From: Candidatus Hodarchaeota archaeon
GTDB lineage: Archaea > Asgardarchaeota > Heimdallarchaeia > Hodarchaeales > Hodarchaeaceae
Reading direction: 5' to 3'
Assembly (NCBI GenBank): GCA_016840035.1
Contig: JAEOTC010000207.1
Span: 1 to 21,873, forward strand
DNA length: 21,873 nucleotides
Shown here piece after piece: positions 1 through 8,869 of the stretch. How positions within the stretch are numbered: the first letter of the stretch is position 1; the number at the start of each line of letters is the position of its first letter. The translations under genes were made by a program, and so were the position numbers. The notes below the pieces were generated by a model. The model did not search any database. It had not been told where the DNA came from and saw nothing but the letters and a program-made list of their open reading frames with translations.

Positions 1-1
1 C

Positions 2-196
2 TAATAACTCGTTTAAAGGGAGATAGGAGTATTTAATGACCATTAACGAAGATTCAATTAATGCCAATGTCTTATCAAGACCCTGTTTTGATAGAGAGGG
101 TCTAAATCCTAATTTTGTTTGGAAAGTCTTCCTGAGTAATTTTAACGCAAACTCCGCAATCATAATGGGTGGAAGTTTATCTGTAGTAATACTCAT
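2..196 (-). CDS. Partial gene (runs off the left edge): probable archaeal tRNA/RNA-binding protein (COG2517-like, N-terminal region)
   Basis: Not in the ORF track. Manual translation from ATG 196 gives MSITTDKLPPIMIAEFALKLLRKTFQTKLGFRPSLSKQGLDKTLALIESSLMVIKYSYLPLNELL with no stop before the edge. GGGGTAAG lies just upstream. The pattern T.K...AE.A..L...T...F...K...YSYL...EL resembles, from memory, the N-terminus of archaeal EMAP/tRNA_bind-domain proteins. Confidence 0.55.
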   Translation of the reverse strand, partial: MSITTDKLPPIMIAEFALKLLRKTFQTKLGFRPSLSKQGLDKTLALIESSLMVIKYSYLPLNELL

Positions 197-238
197 GAAG
201 CTTACCCCAGTACAATACAAGGAATTTTATCTGACATA

Positions 239-1273
239 TTAGGTGACATCAACAATTCCTGAAACCGTTACACCAAAAATTGCTTCATTTTCTGGTAATA
301 AAGGACTATCCACAATACGAGCGATCCTTCTTTCACCTTTTGATTTACGTAAGTAGACACGTGTCTGAGCTGCGTGGGCTACGATGTGACCACCAACTGC
401 GGTGGTTGGATCACCAAAAAACTGGTCTGGTTTAGCTTGTACCTGATTTGTGAAGATTACTGCAATATTCCAAACTTCAGCTGCATGAAGAATTGCATGA
501 ATATGCTGGTTCAGTTTCTGTTGACGCGTAGCTAAAGTACCTCTCCCGACATATTCAGCACGAAAGTGTGAAATTAATGAATCCACAACTAGAAGCTTTA
601 CGTTCTGAGAAGGAAGATACTGCTTAACCATTTTCTCAACTAATACCATTTGATGGTCTGAATTATGTGCACGGCCGTGGAGTATGTTTTCTAAGACTAA
701 ATCCATATCTAAATCATCTTTCCAGCGTTCAGCCATGTCTATAATACGTTCCGGTCTAAAAGTCCCTTCTGTATCCACATACACAGCTTTTGGATATTCA
801 TCTCCCTTTCGCAATCCACCTTTCTCTACGGGTAATTGTGTGGTTACACATAATTGATGGGCAATCTGAGTTTTTCCTGTTCTAAACTCTCCATATAGCT
901 CAGTAGCGGCACCCGTTTCAATACCACCTCCGAAAAGCTCGTCTAATCTTTGACTGCCGGTTGTAATCTTTGCTAAATCTTTTCTTCGCTCTAAAACGAC
1001 TTTAGCTGTCTCAAAATCAATGTCTAATGCCTCGCGAGCAGCTTCAATGATTTTTAGAACAGTTTTTTCCCCAAGACCTGCTAAAGATGATAGTTCTCCT
1101 ATGGAAACTGTTGCTATTGATTCCAACGATGAATAGCCAGCCTCTACCAACTTTGCTGCAGTTGAAGGCCCTATACCAGGCAAATCTGTGATAGATGTAG
1201 CTTTCTCTTCTGCCTTGGTGGTATTAGAATCACTAGATGATTCTGATTCTGTTTCTTTTTTCTTTGGGGACAT
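239..1273 (-). CDS. radA: DNA repair and recombination protein RadA (Rad51/Dmc1 family recombinase)
   Basis: N-terminal HhH domain (DLPGIGPSTAAKLVEAGY), FETA polymerisation motif, Walker A GEFRTGKT, YVDTEGTFRPERI, Walker B LLVVDS, FRAEYVGRGTLATRQQKL, NQV and GGHIVAH motifs. Confidence 0.97.
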   Translation of the reverse strand: MSPKKKETESESSSDSNTTKAEEKATSITDLPGIGPSTAAKLVEAGYSSLESIATVSIGELSSLAGLGEKTVLKIIEAAREALDIDFETAKVVLERRKDLAKITTGSQRLDELFGGGIETGAATELYGEFRTGKTQIAHQLCVTTQLPVEKGGLRKGDEYPKAVYVDTEGTFRPERIIDMAERWKDDLDMDLVLENILHGRAHNSDHQMVLVEKMVKQYLPSQNVKLLVVDSLISHFRAEYVGRGTLATRQQKLNQHIHAILHAAEVWNIAVIFTNQVQAKPDQFFGDPTTAVGGHIVAHAAQTRVYLRKSKGERRIARIVDSPLLPENEAIFGVTVSGIVDVT

Positions 1274-1710
1274 ATCTTACCCTTACCTGTTATCAACTCA
1301 ATCTACTAGATGTTTAAAGATCAAACTAATGTTTGAATAATTGTTTTCCGTATATTATTAACGTTTTTTTCCAGTTCAAGTTTATTGCCCAGAAATTATT
1401 ACTTCCTCGTTCCATCTAAGGATACTTTGGAACTATCATGATTCGGTCTTATTTGTTATAGCCAAAAAAAACTTGTTATCCATTGAAATAGTGGGAGTAT
1501 TATTCTTAATTATTATTTAGTAACTGAAGTTATTTGTCGAGAATTTAGTTCTTTATTTTACTAAACGAACAAATTGCTAGTCATTCTTTAAATCCAAATA
1601 CCAAACAATACAAAAATCCTTAAATCACTAGAGTACCCACCAAATTTTATAGAAGAAGTAGTTCCTTTTAACACTAAACATCATCTTAAAACTCAGTAAA
1701 GTGACCTAAC
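1274..1710. promoter_or_regulatory. Divergent (bidirectional) promoter region between radA and the type IV pilus operon
   Basis: 437-bp AT-rich non-coding gap between head-to-head genes. It contains a TTGTTAT direct repeat at 1453-1459 and 1473-1479. Individual TATA/BRE elements could not be assigned reliably. Confidence 0.6.
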
Positions 1711-2631
1711 TTGTTGGAGACATTGATATATTCCTATAGAAGGAAAAATCAACAAAGGTGGAATAGAAGAAGGAGAGGTGTTTCTCCTGTTCTTGCAACA
1801 GTCATTATTTTTGGCTTAATTATAACTGGAGTGATGGTAACCTTTATACAAGTAGTTCCCTTCATTGAACATGCGCAAAGCGAGCAAACAATAAGTTCAG
1901 TAAAAAATAGCTTTATTGATCTCGATGATACAATTGAATCTCTAATCAGTGAAAGTGGTAATCCTGGAGGATTTAGAACAATCTTATTTACTAAACCAGC
2001 GGGAACTCTTGAGTTTAATCCACTGGCGTATTATATTACTTTATATCTAGAGGATCAGGATGGAGAGCTAGTTCATAGTGTAGTCGACGAACTAGAAATG
2101 GGGATGCTTGATTGGATCTACAGTAGTCCAAGTACAATCATACCACGGGGAACAATGAAATATCTAACTGGTCCAGATCCGTACAAAACACGAGATCAGG
2201 CATTTATTACAGGTATGTTCTCAACTTCCGAGAACCAAGATTTGACAAACCTAACTTTAAGTCATCAATCAGACCGAAAGCATCATATCATGCTCGATTA
2301 TCGGATTTCAGTATATCTAACCGTAACTACTCAGCCCAATCCCGAAATACGGTTTCAAATATTCCTTATATCTCTAACAGCTGACTTTAGTTCAATTCAT
2401 AATCAATACAAGCAAATAACTGTCCATGTGAGTAATAATATATCTATCCCAACAACTCTAGCAATAGAATCGACCGTTTCCAAACTAGATCTTGTTATTG
2501 AAAAATCATTCACATCTACACCACCCTCCACTCTATTATGGAGTACTAGTTCAGTGAGTGGACTGAACGATCTTGATGCATTCGACATTGTAGTGCAATT
2601 GCTTAAATATGATATTAACCTTAAAACATAA
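1711..2631 (+). CDS. Type IV pilin-like protein with class III signal peptide (minor pilin/adhesin-like)
   Basis: Basic leader ending RRRRG/VSPVLATVIIFGLIITGVMVTF fits the [KR]G/xS plus hydrophobic helix pattern of archaeal prepilins. The true start may be TTG 1723, which has GGAG upstream. Confidence 0.85.
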   Translation: MLETLIYSYRRKNQQRWNRRRRGVSPVLATVIIFGLIITGVMVTFIQVVPFIEHAQSEQTISSVKNSFIDLDDTIESLISESGNPGGFRTILFTKPAGTLEFNPLAYYITLYLEDQDGELVHSVVDELEMGMLDWIYSSPSTIIPRGTMKYLTGPDPYKTRDQAFITGMFSTSENQDLTNLTLSHQSDRKHHIMLDYRISVYLTVTTQPNPEIRFQIFLISLTADFSSIHNQYKQITVHVSNNISIPTTLAIESTVSKLDLVIEKSFTSTPPSTLLWSTSSVSGLNDLDAFDIVVQLLKYDINLKT

Positions 2632-2659
2632 TAAAAATGAGTCCCTTAGGTAACTTAAT

Positions 2660-3112
2660 ATGGCTTCCCAATATATCACATTCATGATAATATTCACTCT
2701 TGGTTTAAGTTTAGTAATTATTACAAATAACATGTTTTCAACCTTGAGTGACCAATTTCGTGAAAATATTGCCCAGGTAGAATTAAATTCAATTCTGGAA
2801 CAAATTCAGTTACAGATTCAACAGAGTATGCTGATTCACCCTGAAAAAGATCAAGCTATCTATAAGAGTTTAGAGTTTCCTCCTGCGCTTGGTCAAGGAT
2901 TCCGATATACCCTAAATATAGCAAACTCATCAGACGGGAAGACGATAATTCTTAATGGGAGCACATTCAATGCTGAAGTAAACCAACAATTAGTATTCTC
3001 ATTGGGATCAGCGTATGTTGCGTCTGCTTCTGGGCATTTTACAAGCACAAACCCAATATTATCTCTCGACTTGACGAAAAATGGAAATTCAATCATTATT
3101 CGGATGTCGTAA
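2660..3112 (+). CDS. Pilin-like protein, apparently lacking the basic class III leader
   Basis: N-terminal hydrophobic helix (ASQYITFMIIFTLGLSLVII), then an amphipathic helix and a beta-rich domain (SLEFPPALGQGFRYTLNI). It lies between a pilin gene and the ATPase gene. An in-frame TAA at 2651-2653 precludes an upstream extension. Confidence 0.7.
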   Translation: MASQYITFMIIFTLGLSLVIITNNMFSTLSDQFRENIAQVELNSILEQIQLQIQQSMLIHPEKDQAIYKSLEFPPALGQGFRYTLNIANSSDGKTIILNGSTFNAEVNQQLVFSLGSAYVASASGHFTSTNPILSLDLTKNGNSIIIRMS

Positions 3113-3228
3113 TAGTTTACAATTATAATTAAAGATAAAATTAGAATAAAGATCGAAAGAAAATAAAAAAGGAGAAATAAAACGATATTTACATCAGGAT
3201 ATAATTAATCCAAAGGAGTAAGAACAAG

Positions 3229-4737
3229 ATGGCTGATTCAAGCAGTTTAATTCGTGAAACTTATCCATTAATCCCACCTTTTAGTTATGCATTGGTTGCT
3301 ACTGATCCTGACACTAAACAAACCAAATATACAGTAGTAGAAATACCTCTGAGCACGAAAGAAAAAGAAATTCTTGACATGATAAAAAATGTACTAGAAG
3401 AGGAGTTAGATGTTGATTTTAACGTCTTGAAATCTCCGGAGGTAGCTCGAGATTATCTACGTCAGAAAGTTATTGGTATAGCAAAGAACTACGGTCTAAA
3501 ACTAGATGAAAAGACTTTTGATAAAATAAATTACCATATTACACGTGATTTTGTTGGATTTGGACAAATCGATGCGATATTACGAGACCATGCTGTTGAA
3601 GATATTAGTTGCGACGGTGTTGGTATTCCGATATATATTTGGCATAGAAAATTTGAAAGCATCCAAACAAACATAAAATTTGACGAAGAAAATGATCTAG
3701 ATGCCTTTATTATTAAATTAGCTCAACGTGCAGGTAGACACATAAGCGTAGCACGGCCCTTACTTGATGCAGCTTTACCTGATGGCAGTCGACTTCAACT
3801 TACATATGGTCGGGAAGTAACCCAGAGAGGTAGTACTTTCACTATAAGAAAATTCCGTTCTGATCCTTTAACAATAACAGATATGATAACTTACAATACC
3901 TTAGATGAAGACTTGGCAGCTTTCTTATGGTATGCATTAGAAAATCGTAACTCGATAGTTATTGCAGGTGGAACAGCTGCAGGAAAAACATCTTTGCTAA
4001 ATAGTTTAGCAATGTTTATTAGACCTGGTATGAAGATTGTATCCATAGAAGATACTGCTGAATTGCATTTACCACATGAAAATTGGATTCCTTCAGTCGC
4101 AAGGGAAGGTTATGGAGGACGGGAAGCGGATGGTTCAAGACGAGGAGAAGTCTCAATGTACGACTTATTAAGGGCCGCTTTACGACAAAGGCCTGATTAC
4201 TTATTCGTAGGAGAAGTCCGTGGTTCTGAAGCATATAACCTCTTCCAAGCAATGGCAACAGGACACACTGGAATGGGTACCATTCACGGTGACAGTGTAA
4301 CAGGAACAATACGAAGATTGGAAAATGAACCAATGAATATCCCTCGAACGCTTATACAAACACTAAATCTCTTAGTAGTCCTTCGTAAAGTCCGGAGAGG
4401 AGATAAACAGGTTCGAAGAGTGATTGAATGTACAGAAATCGTTGGTATCGATCCAGTTACAACTGAAATCATCACCAACAAAGTATTTGGGTGGAATGCT
4501 CGTGAAGATGCTTATATTAACTACGGGAGATCCTATGCTTTAGAGGGTATACAAGAATCACAAGGATTAACTGAATCGCAAGTTTATGATGAAATGGAGA
4601 GGAGGAAGACAATTATGAGATGGATGGTAAAAAAGAAATTTGCTCATTTCTCACAAGTGTCTGAGGTAATCAACAGCTATTATCAAAATTCATTAGAAAC
4701 TGTAGATCGTGCAAAAAGAGAACTTAAATCTATATAG
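3229..4737 (+). CDS. Type II/IV secretion system ATPase (archaeal PilB/ArlI/TadA-type pilus assembly ATPase)
   Basis: EDISCDG, STFTIRKF, Walker A GGTAAGKTS, Asp box VSIEDTAEL, Walker B ALRQRPDYLFVGEVRG and His box AMATGH-x4-TIH. GGAG ribosome-binding site upstream. Confidence 0.95.
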   Translation: MADSSSLIRETYPLIPPFSYALVATDPDTKQTKYTVVEIPLSTKEKEILDMIKNVLEEELDVDFNVLKSPEVARDYLRQKVIGIAKNYGLKLDEKTFDKINYHITRDFVGFGQIDAILRDHAVEDISCDGVGIPIYIWHRKFESIQTNIKFDEENDLDAFIIKLAQRAGRHISVARPLLDAALPDGSRLQLTYGREVTQRGSTFTIRKFRSDPLTITDMITYNTLDEDLAAFLWYALENRNSIVIAGGTAAGKTSLLNSLAMFIRPGMKIVSIEDTAELHLPHENWIPSVAREGYGGREADGSRRGEVSMYDLLRAALRQRPDYLFVGEVRGSEAYNLFQAMATGHTGMGTIHGDSVTGTIRRLENEPMNIPRTLIQTLNLLVVLRKVRRGDKQVRRVIECTEIVGIDPVTTEIITNKVFGWNAREDAYINYGRSYALEGIQESQGLTESQVYDEMERRKTIMRWMVKKKFAHFSQVSEVINSYYQNSLETVDRAKRELKSI

Positions 4738-4762
4738 AGAATAAAATAAGGAGTACCATATT

Positions 4763-5671
4763 GTGAGCAAAGTAATTAGAAGAGTGGGATATCTTAGATT
4801 TGGTAGATTTATTGAACCTTGGATTGAAAAAGGCCGCTTTGAAAGACTTAATACTTCCTTAAAAAAAGCAGGAATGGATATCTCTGTTAGAGCTTATTTG
4901 GGAAGTGCCATTGTTAGCTCGATACTGGTTGGAATTCTTAGTTTTTTTATAACATTCGTATTATCATTCTTCTTTCTTCAAACAATCAATTCAACAATTG
5001 CAACAAACTCCTTAGTAATAAATTCCCTTCTCATAGGTTTGATAAGCGCCATAACCTGCACAATAATAACATATGTACCCTTCCTATATTGGCCACAAAT
5101 GAAAGCTGCTGATCGTAAAATTTTAATGGAATCTGGATTAACGTCAACAGCCTCATACCTTTCAGCGATGTCTAGTTCTGGAGTTCCTCCTGACCGATTA
5201 TTCTATTCCTTAGCAGGTGAGGAATCTGTTGCACCTGAAATCTCAAAGGAAAGCAAAAGAATTACAAGAGATATTGAAATTTTCGGGTATGATATTTTGA
5301 AAGCTTTACGGACTGCTAGTGAACGTTCCCCCTCGGAAAGATTTTCAAAATTTTTGGATGGTATGTCTGCTACAATAACAAGTGGTGGGGATTTAACATT
5401 CTATTTAACAGCAGAAACTAAAGCTCTTATGAAGCTTAAAGAAGAAGAAACTAAAGAATTTATTGAGCAATTAGGAGTGTTAGCTGAAATATTTATGATC
5501 ATTGGAGTTGTTGCACCACTTTTCTTTGTCGTTATTCTAGCTATTCTTGCTGTTATAAGTCCAGAAACTTCAATTGGAAGTGTGTTCATGCTTACACTCA
5601 CCTACTTTATAATGCCAATTTTATTGACGATTATGATACTGTTAATTAGTACAGTTTCACGTGAAATATGA
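4763..5671 (+). CDS. Type II secretion system F family / TadC-ArlJ-type membrane platform protein 1
   Basis: LKKAGMDIS...Y motif, multiple TM helices, DIEIFGYDILKAL...ERSPSERFSKFLDGM..TITSGGDL core. It follows the ATPase directly. GTG start with AAGGAG upstream. Confidence 0.92.
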   Translation: MSKVIRRVGYLRFGRFIEPWIEKGRFERLNTSLKKAGMDISVRAYLGSAIVSSILVGILSFFITFVLSFFFLQTINSTIATNSLVINSLLIGLISAITCTIITYVPFLYWPQMKAADRKILMESGLTSTASYLSAMSSSGVPPDRLFYSLAGEESVAPEISKESKRITRDIEIFGYDILKALRTASERSPSERFSKFLDGMSATITSGGDLTFYLTAETKALMKLKEEETKEFIEQLGVLAEIFMIIGVVAPLFFVVILAILAVISPETSIGSVFMLTLTYFIMPILLTIMILLISTVSREI

Positions 5672-5687
5672 ACTGGAGGACCAAAAA

Positions 5688-6656
5688 ATGGGAAAACTAA
5701 CTGCTAGTAAAGAAAAGAACTATTGGATAATTTCAGTTTGTCTCTTTATCCTTTTTTTGATAATTGCATCAATATTCTACATTCCTGTCATTACTCATGT
5801 CTTAGATGTAACAACTCCTACCGAGTTGGAAGAAGGGGTTGAAGCTCCTCCCCGTGATCCATTTCTATATTCTGTCCGTGAAATTTACCAGGATCCCATC
5901 ACAGGCTTTTTTGATATTATAGATGTTACAATATTCGCATGTCTTGCGTTATTACTTATACCAGCATTAGCATATAACTCTGATCAGGAATGGAGAGATG
6001 ATATTGATGACCATATTCCATCCTTACTAAGAGAGATATCCGATGCTCAAAAAACAGGTCTTCCTTTACCTAGAGCCATCATGGAGGCATCAAAGCATCA
6101 ATATGGAGCACTAACACCTGAACTAAAGAAAATGGCTTCAAAAATCAGCTGGGGTATTCCTTTTAGTGATACTTTACGTAGTCTTACAGTTACAGCAGAC
6201 ACACCTTTGATGAAACGAACATCATTATTAATTCTAGAAGCAGAACGATCAGGTGGTGCAATCGAGGAGGTTTTTGAATCCGCCCATAAACATGTTTCTG
6301 AAGTGCTAGGTTTAAAACGTGAACGTCTTGGTGCAATGAGACCTTATACATGGATTATCTATGCATCTTTCATCGTATTTGCTATTGTAATGATTATTCT
6401 TCTGTACTCCTTCTTTCAAACATTAGCGATTCAAATGGTAGATGCGGTACGTAGCCAAGAAGATCCTACAACAGCATTACCATTTAATGTGGCCGGACTA
6501 CAACTAATATTTTTTCACCTAATGGTAATTGAAGCAATTTTCGCTGGATTAATTGCTGGAAAGATGGGAGATGGAAATGCAAAAATTGGATTAAGACATT
6601 CTTGCATCTTACTAGCAATATGTTACGCTTTCTTTAAAATCACAATTCTTCTATGA
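5688..6656 (+). CDS. Type II secretion system F family / TadC-ArlJ-type membrane platform protein 2
   Basis: IPSLLREISDAQKTGLPLPRAI, YGALTPEL...ISWGIPF, EAERSGG, RERLGAMRPY and C-terminal FAGLIAGKMGDG...GLRH motifs. ATG 5688 with GGAGG at 5675-5679 is preferred over GTG 5661 from the ORF track. Confidence 0.92.
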   Translation: MGKLTASKEKNYWIISVCLFILFLIIASIFYIPVITHVLDVTTPTELEEGVEAPPRDPFLYSVREIYQDPITGFFDIIDVTIFACLALLLIPALAYNSDQEWRDDIDDHIPSLLREISDAQKTGLPLPRAIMEASKHQYGALTPELKKMASKISWGIPFSDTLRSLTVTADTPLMKRTSLLILEAERSGGAIEEVFESAHKHVSEVLGLKRERLGAMRPYTWIIYASFIVFAIVMIILLYSFFQTLAIQMVDAVRSQEDPTTALPFNVAGLQLIFFHLMVIEAIFAGLIAGKMGDGNAKIGLRHSCILLAICYAFFKITILL

Positions 6657-6676
6657 AGTATATTGAGGTAATAGTT

Positions 6677-7132
6677 TTGGGTAAAGAAGAAAAAATGTTA
6701 ATTGAGGTGTTGGAAAAAATTTCCGCTCTCGAGGATAAATTAACAAATATGGAATTTCTATTTGTACAATCTATGGGAACTGGTGGGGCCCCAAAAACCA
6801 CTGCTCCTGTTGGGGGTCCTCCTGCAGCTGTTACTGGCCCAGTTCAAGTGGATCTTGCTCCTTTGGAAAAGAAAATTGTGGAGGTTGAAGGGGCCATTGC
6901 TAAAATCAACAATAATTTTGGACCACTTAATGAATTAGTTTCAACTTTAAGCAGTGAGAAATCTCAGAAAGCTGATGAGCTAATCACCCAAGCAACTACT
7001 CTGTTAGAAAAAGGGTTACAATTGACAGAACTTGAGACCACGATGTTGGAGTTAAAAGATAGGCTGGATGAAATCACTATTCAACTTGAAGTAGCTAATG
7101 CAGGTACACCAAAAAGTGAAGAACTAATTTAG
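6677..7132 (+). CDS. Hypothetical soluble coiled-coil protein in the pilus operon
   Basis: Leu/Glu-rich heptad helices separated by a Gly/Pro/Ala/Thr linker (GTGGAPKTTAPVGGPPAAVTGP). No TM segment or signal peptide. TTG 6677 with GAGGT upstream is preferred; the ORF track start is 6653. Confidence 0.75.
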   Translation: MGKEEKMLIEVLEKISALEDKLTNMEFLFVQSMGTGGAPKTTAPVGGPPAAVTGPVQVDLAPLEKKIVEVEGAIAKINNNFGPLNELVSTLSSEKSQKADELITQATTLLEKGLQLTELETTMLELKDRLDEITIQLEVANAGTPKSEELI

Positions 7133-7175
7133 GTGATATTAACTAATAAGCGATTGTTCATTTTGAGCGGTAAAA

Positions 7176-8354
7176 ATGCTGAACGTAAACTTGAATAGAC
7201 GAAGAAGAGGTCAAATCCGAGCTATTGATTTCATAGTATCCCTGATGCTATTTCTTCTAATGTTATCCCAATTAATCTTAGTTGTGATTAATGTACAAAC
7301 TGGTTTAAATTCTCAGATGCGGGATAATTTGACATATTCAGAGCTGGATACGTTTGGTAGAACTCTCTTACAAGAAGAAGGGGAAACAGAATGGGGGTAT
7401 AGAAGATTACTCCCTAATTCTTTTGGTCTTGCAGATTCTAATACTGACACTTCTATAAACCTTGATGCAGCTAAGATCTCACGGATAATCACGGGTACTA
7501 CATTCCCTCCATCTCATATCTCGGGATTTGAACTTTTTAATTATCCAACTATCAAAACCCTAATGGGTTTAGATTCAAAAGAAGATTTTCAGCTTTCTCT
7601 CTTTCCATATCTGAATCTCACATTAATGATCACTGAAACCTCCTTTACAACATTTGATTTCTCTGTGCAAGTAACGGACACTGATGGGTTCTATTTTCTT
7701 GAACAATGTCAAATTACTTATTTTACTTTAGATCTTACAACCGGAAATGTTCGTATTGAAGGAACGGAAACCACAAATGAGATTGGGCAGGCTTCGATTG
7801 AATATACGGATCCTAATCTTAATGATCTTGGAAAACACATTAATATCGCTATAGCAAAAAAAGGTCCTTTTTGGGGAATAAACTGGGCTCATCCACCTGG
7901 AAATTATGAAGATGTTCTAATTGGTCAAGAATCAAATGCTACTGTATGGATTGGAGGTCTGAACTCTTCATCTATTCTCATTTCGGATATTCACGCACTA
8001 GAAAATGCTCCAGAGACCCATTTTCTTTCTTATATCTATGAAAACACTCAAGGAAGCTTCACAAACGAGTCTATAGAATTACCATCTTTGTACGAGGGAA
8101 ATACTACGATTAATATCCCAAATAATGGGTTATTTTTCTGTTTCAGTATAGTCAAAATGAATGATGTCTACAAAGTCGGAATAGGCACATACCCAGCAAT
8201 CTTAGATTCTGAACCTACTTTTGGTAATTTTTATCAGGTTTTTGGTAAAATTTCCGAGGGAACAAGAGAATTTGTGAAGACATCCAAGACCTATCCCGTT
8301 TATATTCGGGGAACGGTGATGAAATGTAGAATTATTCTGTGGAGGAGTCGATGA
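7176..8354 (+). CDS. Large type IV pilin-like protein with class III signal peptide
   Basis: RRRRG/QIRAIDFIVSLMLFLLMLSQLILVV leader and hydrophobic helix, followed by a beta-rich extracellular region with several N-x-S/T sequons (NLT, NAT, NSS, NES, NTT). Confidence 0.85.
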   Translation: MLNVNLNRRRRGQIRAIDFIVSLMLFLLMLSQLILVVINVQTGLNSQMRDNLTYSELDTFGRTLLQEEGETEWGYRRLLPNSFGLADSNTDTSINLDAAKISRIITGTTFPPSHISGFELFNYPTIKTLMGLDSKEDFQLSLFPYLNLTLMITETSFTTFDFSVQVTDTDGFYFLEQCQITYFTLDLTTGNVRIEGTETTNEIGQASIEYTDPNLNDLGKHINIAIAKKGPFWGINWAHPPGNYEDVLIGQESNATVWIGGLNSSSILISDIHALENAPETHFLSYIYENTQGSFTNESIELPSLYEGNTTINIPNNGLFFCFSIVKMNDVYKVGIGTYPAILDSEPTFGNFYQVFGKISEGTREFVKTSKTYPVYIRGTVMKCRIILWRSR

Positions 8355-8869
8355 TGGTAAATCATTTATTTAGAAAAGCACGTCGAGGCCAATTACAGAT
8401 TGCGGAAACACTCGTTTCAGTTTCACTAATGCTTATTCTCGCTTTGCTATTAATTAATGCGGCCGATCAAGTAAATAAAACGCAATCTGATCTAGAAAAC
8501 CTTCGTAATACTGCCTCTGACATTTTAATTACTGCAGATGAAGCCAATCTTCTGAGACCTGTGGTATACCTTCATGATCAGACAGAATATAGATCAGAGT
8601 TTAATTATCACCTTGAGGTTCTAAATGATTATATTACATTAAGTTTACGAGGGGGAGTGGGCTTTATCTTGAGAATGAGTGAAGTACAGGATAATGGAAA
8701 TGAGGATGAATATATCTATTTAATTGGTTCTCAGGCAATTATACTTTCGTTACAGCAAGGCGGAGAAAGCATTCTGTCAGATTACTTTGTAGGATCTTTC
8801 TCTTCTTCAGAATACGGACAGTACACAACACACTATATCGTTGAATTGTACTTATGGGAGAAAATTTAG
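8351..8869 (+). CDS. Type IV pilin-like protein with class III signal peptide
   Basis: RKARRG/QLQIAETLVSVSLMLILALLLI. GGAGGAG at 8341-8347 favours the ATGATG start at 8351/8354, overlapping the upstream stop. The ORF track start is 8339. Confidence 0.85.
   Translation: MMVNHLFRKARRGQLQIAETLVSVSLMLILALLLINAADQVNKTQSDLENLRNTASDILITADEANLLRPVVYLHDQTEYRSEFNYHLEVLNDYITLSLRGGVGFILRMSEVQDNGNEDEYIYLIGSQAIILSLQQGGESILSDYFVGSFSSSEYGQYTTHYIVELYLWEKI

Noticed and set aside
36-242. Plus-strand 68-aa ORF
   Set aside because: It is antisense to a better-supported minus-strand gene (start 196) and overlaps the radA stop, so it is a shadow ORF.
1478-1498. TCCATTGAAATAGTGGGAG, resembling an Orc1/Cdc6 ORB element (possible replication origin near a DP2 gene)
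   Set aside because: The spacing is one base short of TCCA-N3-GAAA, it is single-copy with no inverted partner, and no orc1/cdc6 gene lies in the window.
3113-3228. A-rich 116-nt gap before the ATPase as a possible ncRNA or repeat
   Set aside because: Low-complexity purine-rich spacer with no convincing structure. It may hold an internal promoter, but the sequence alone cannot support that.
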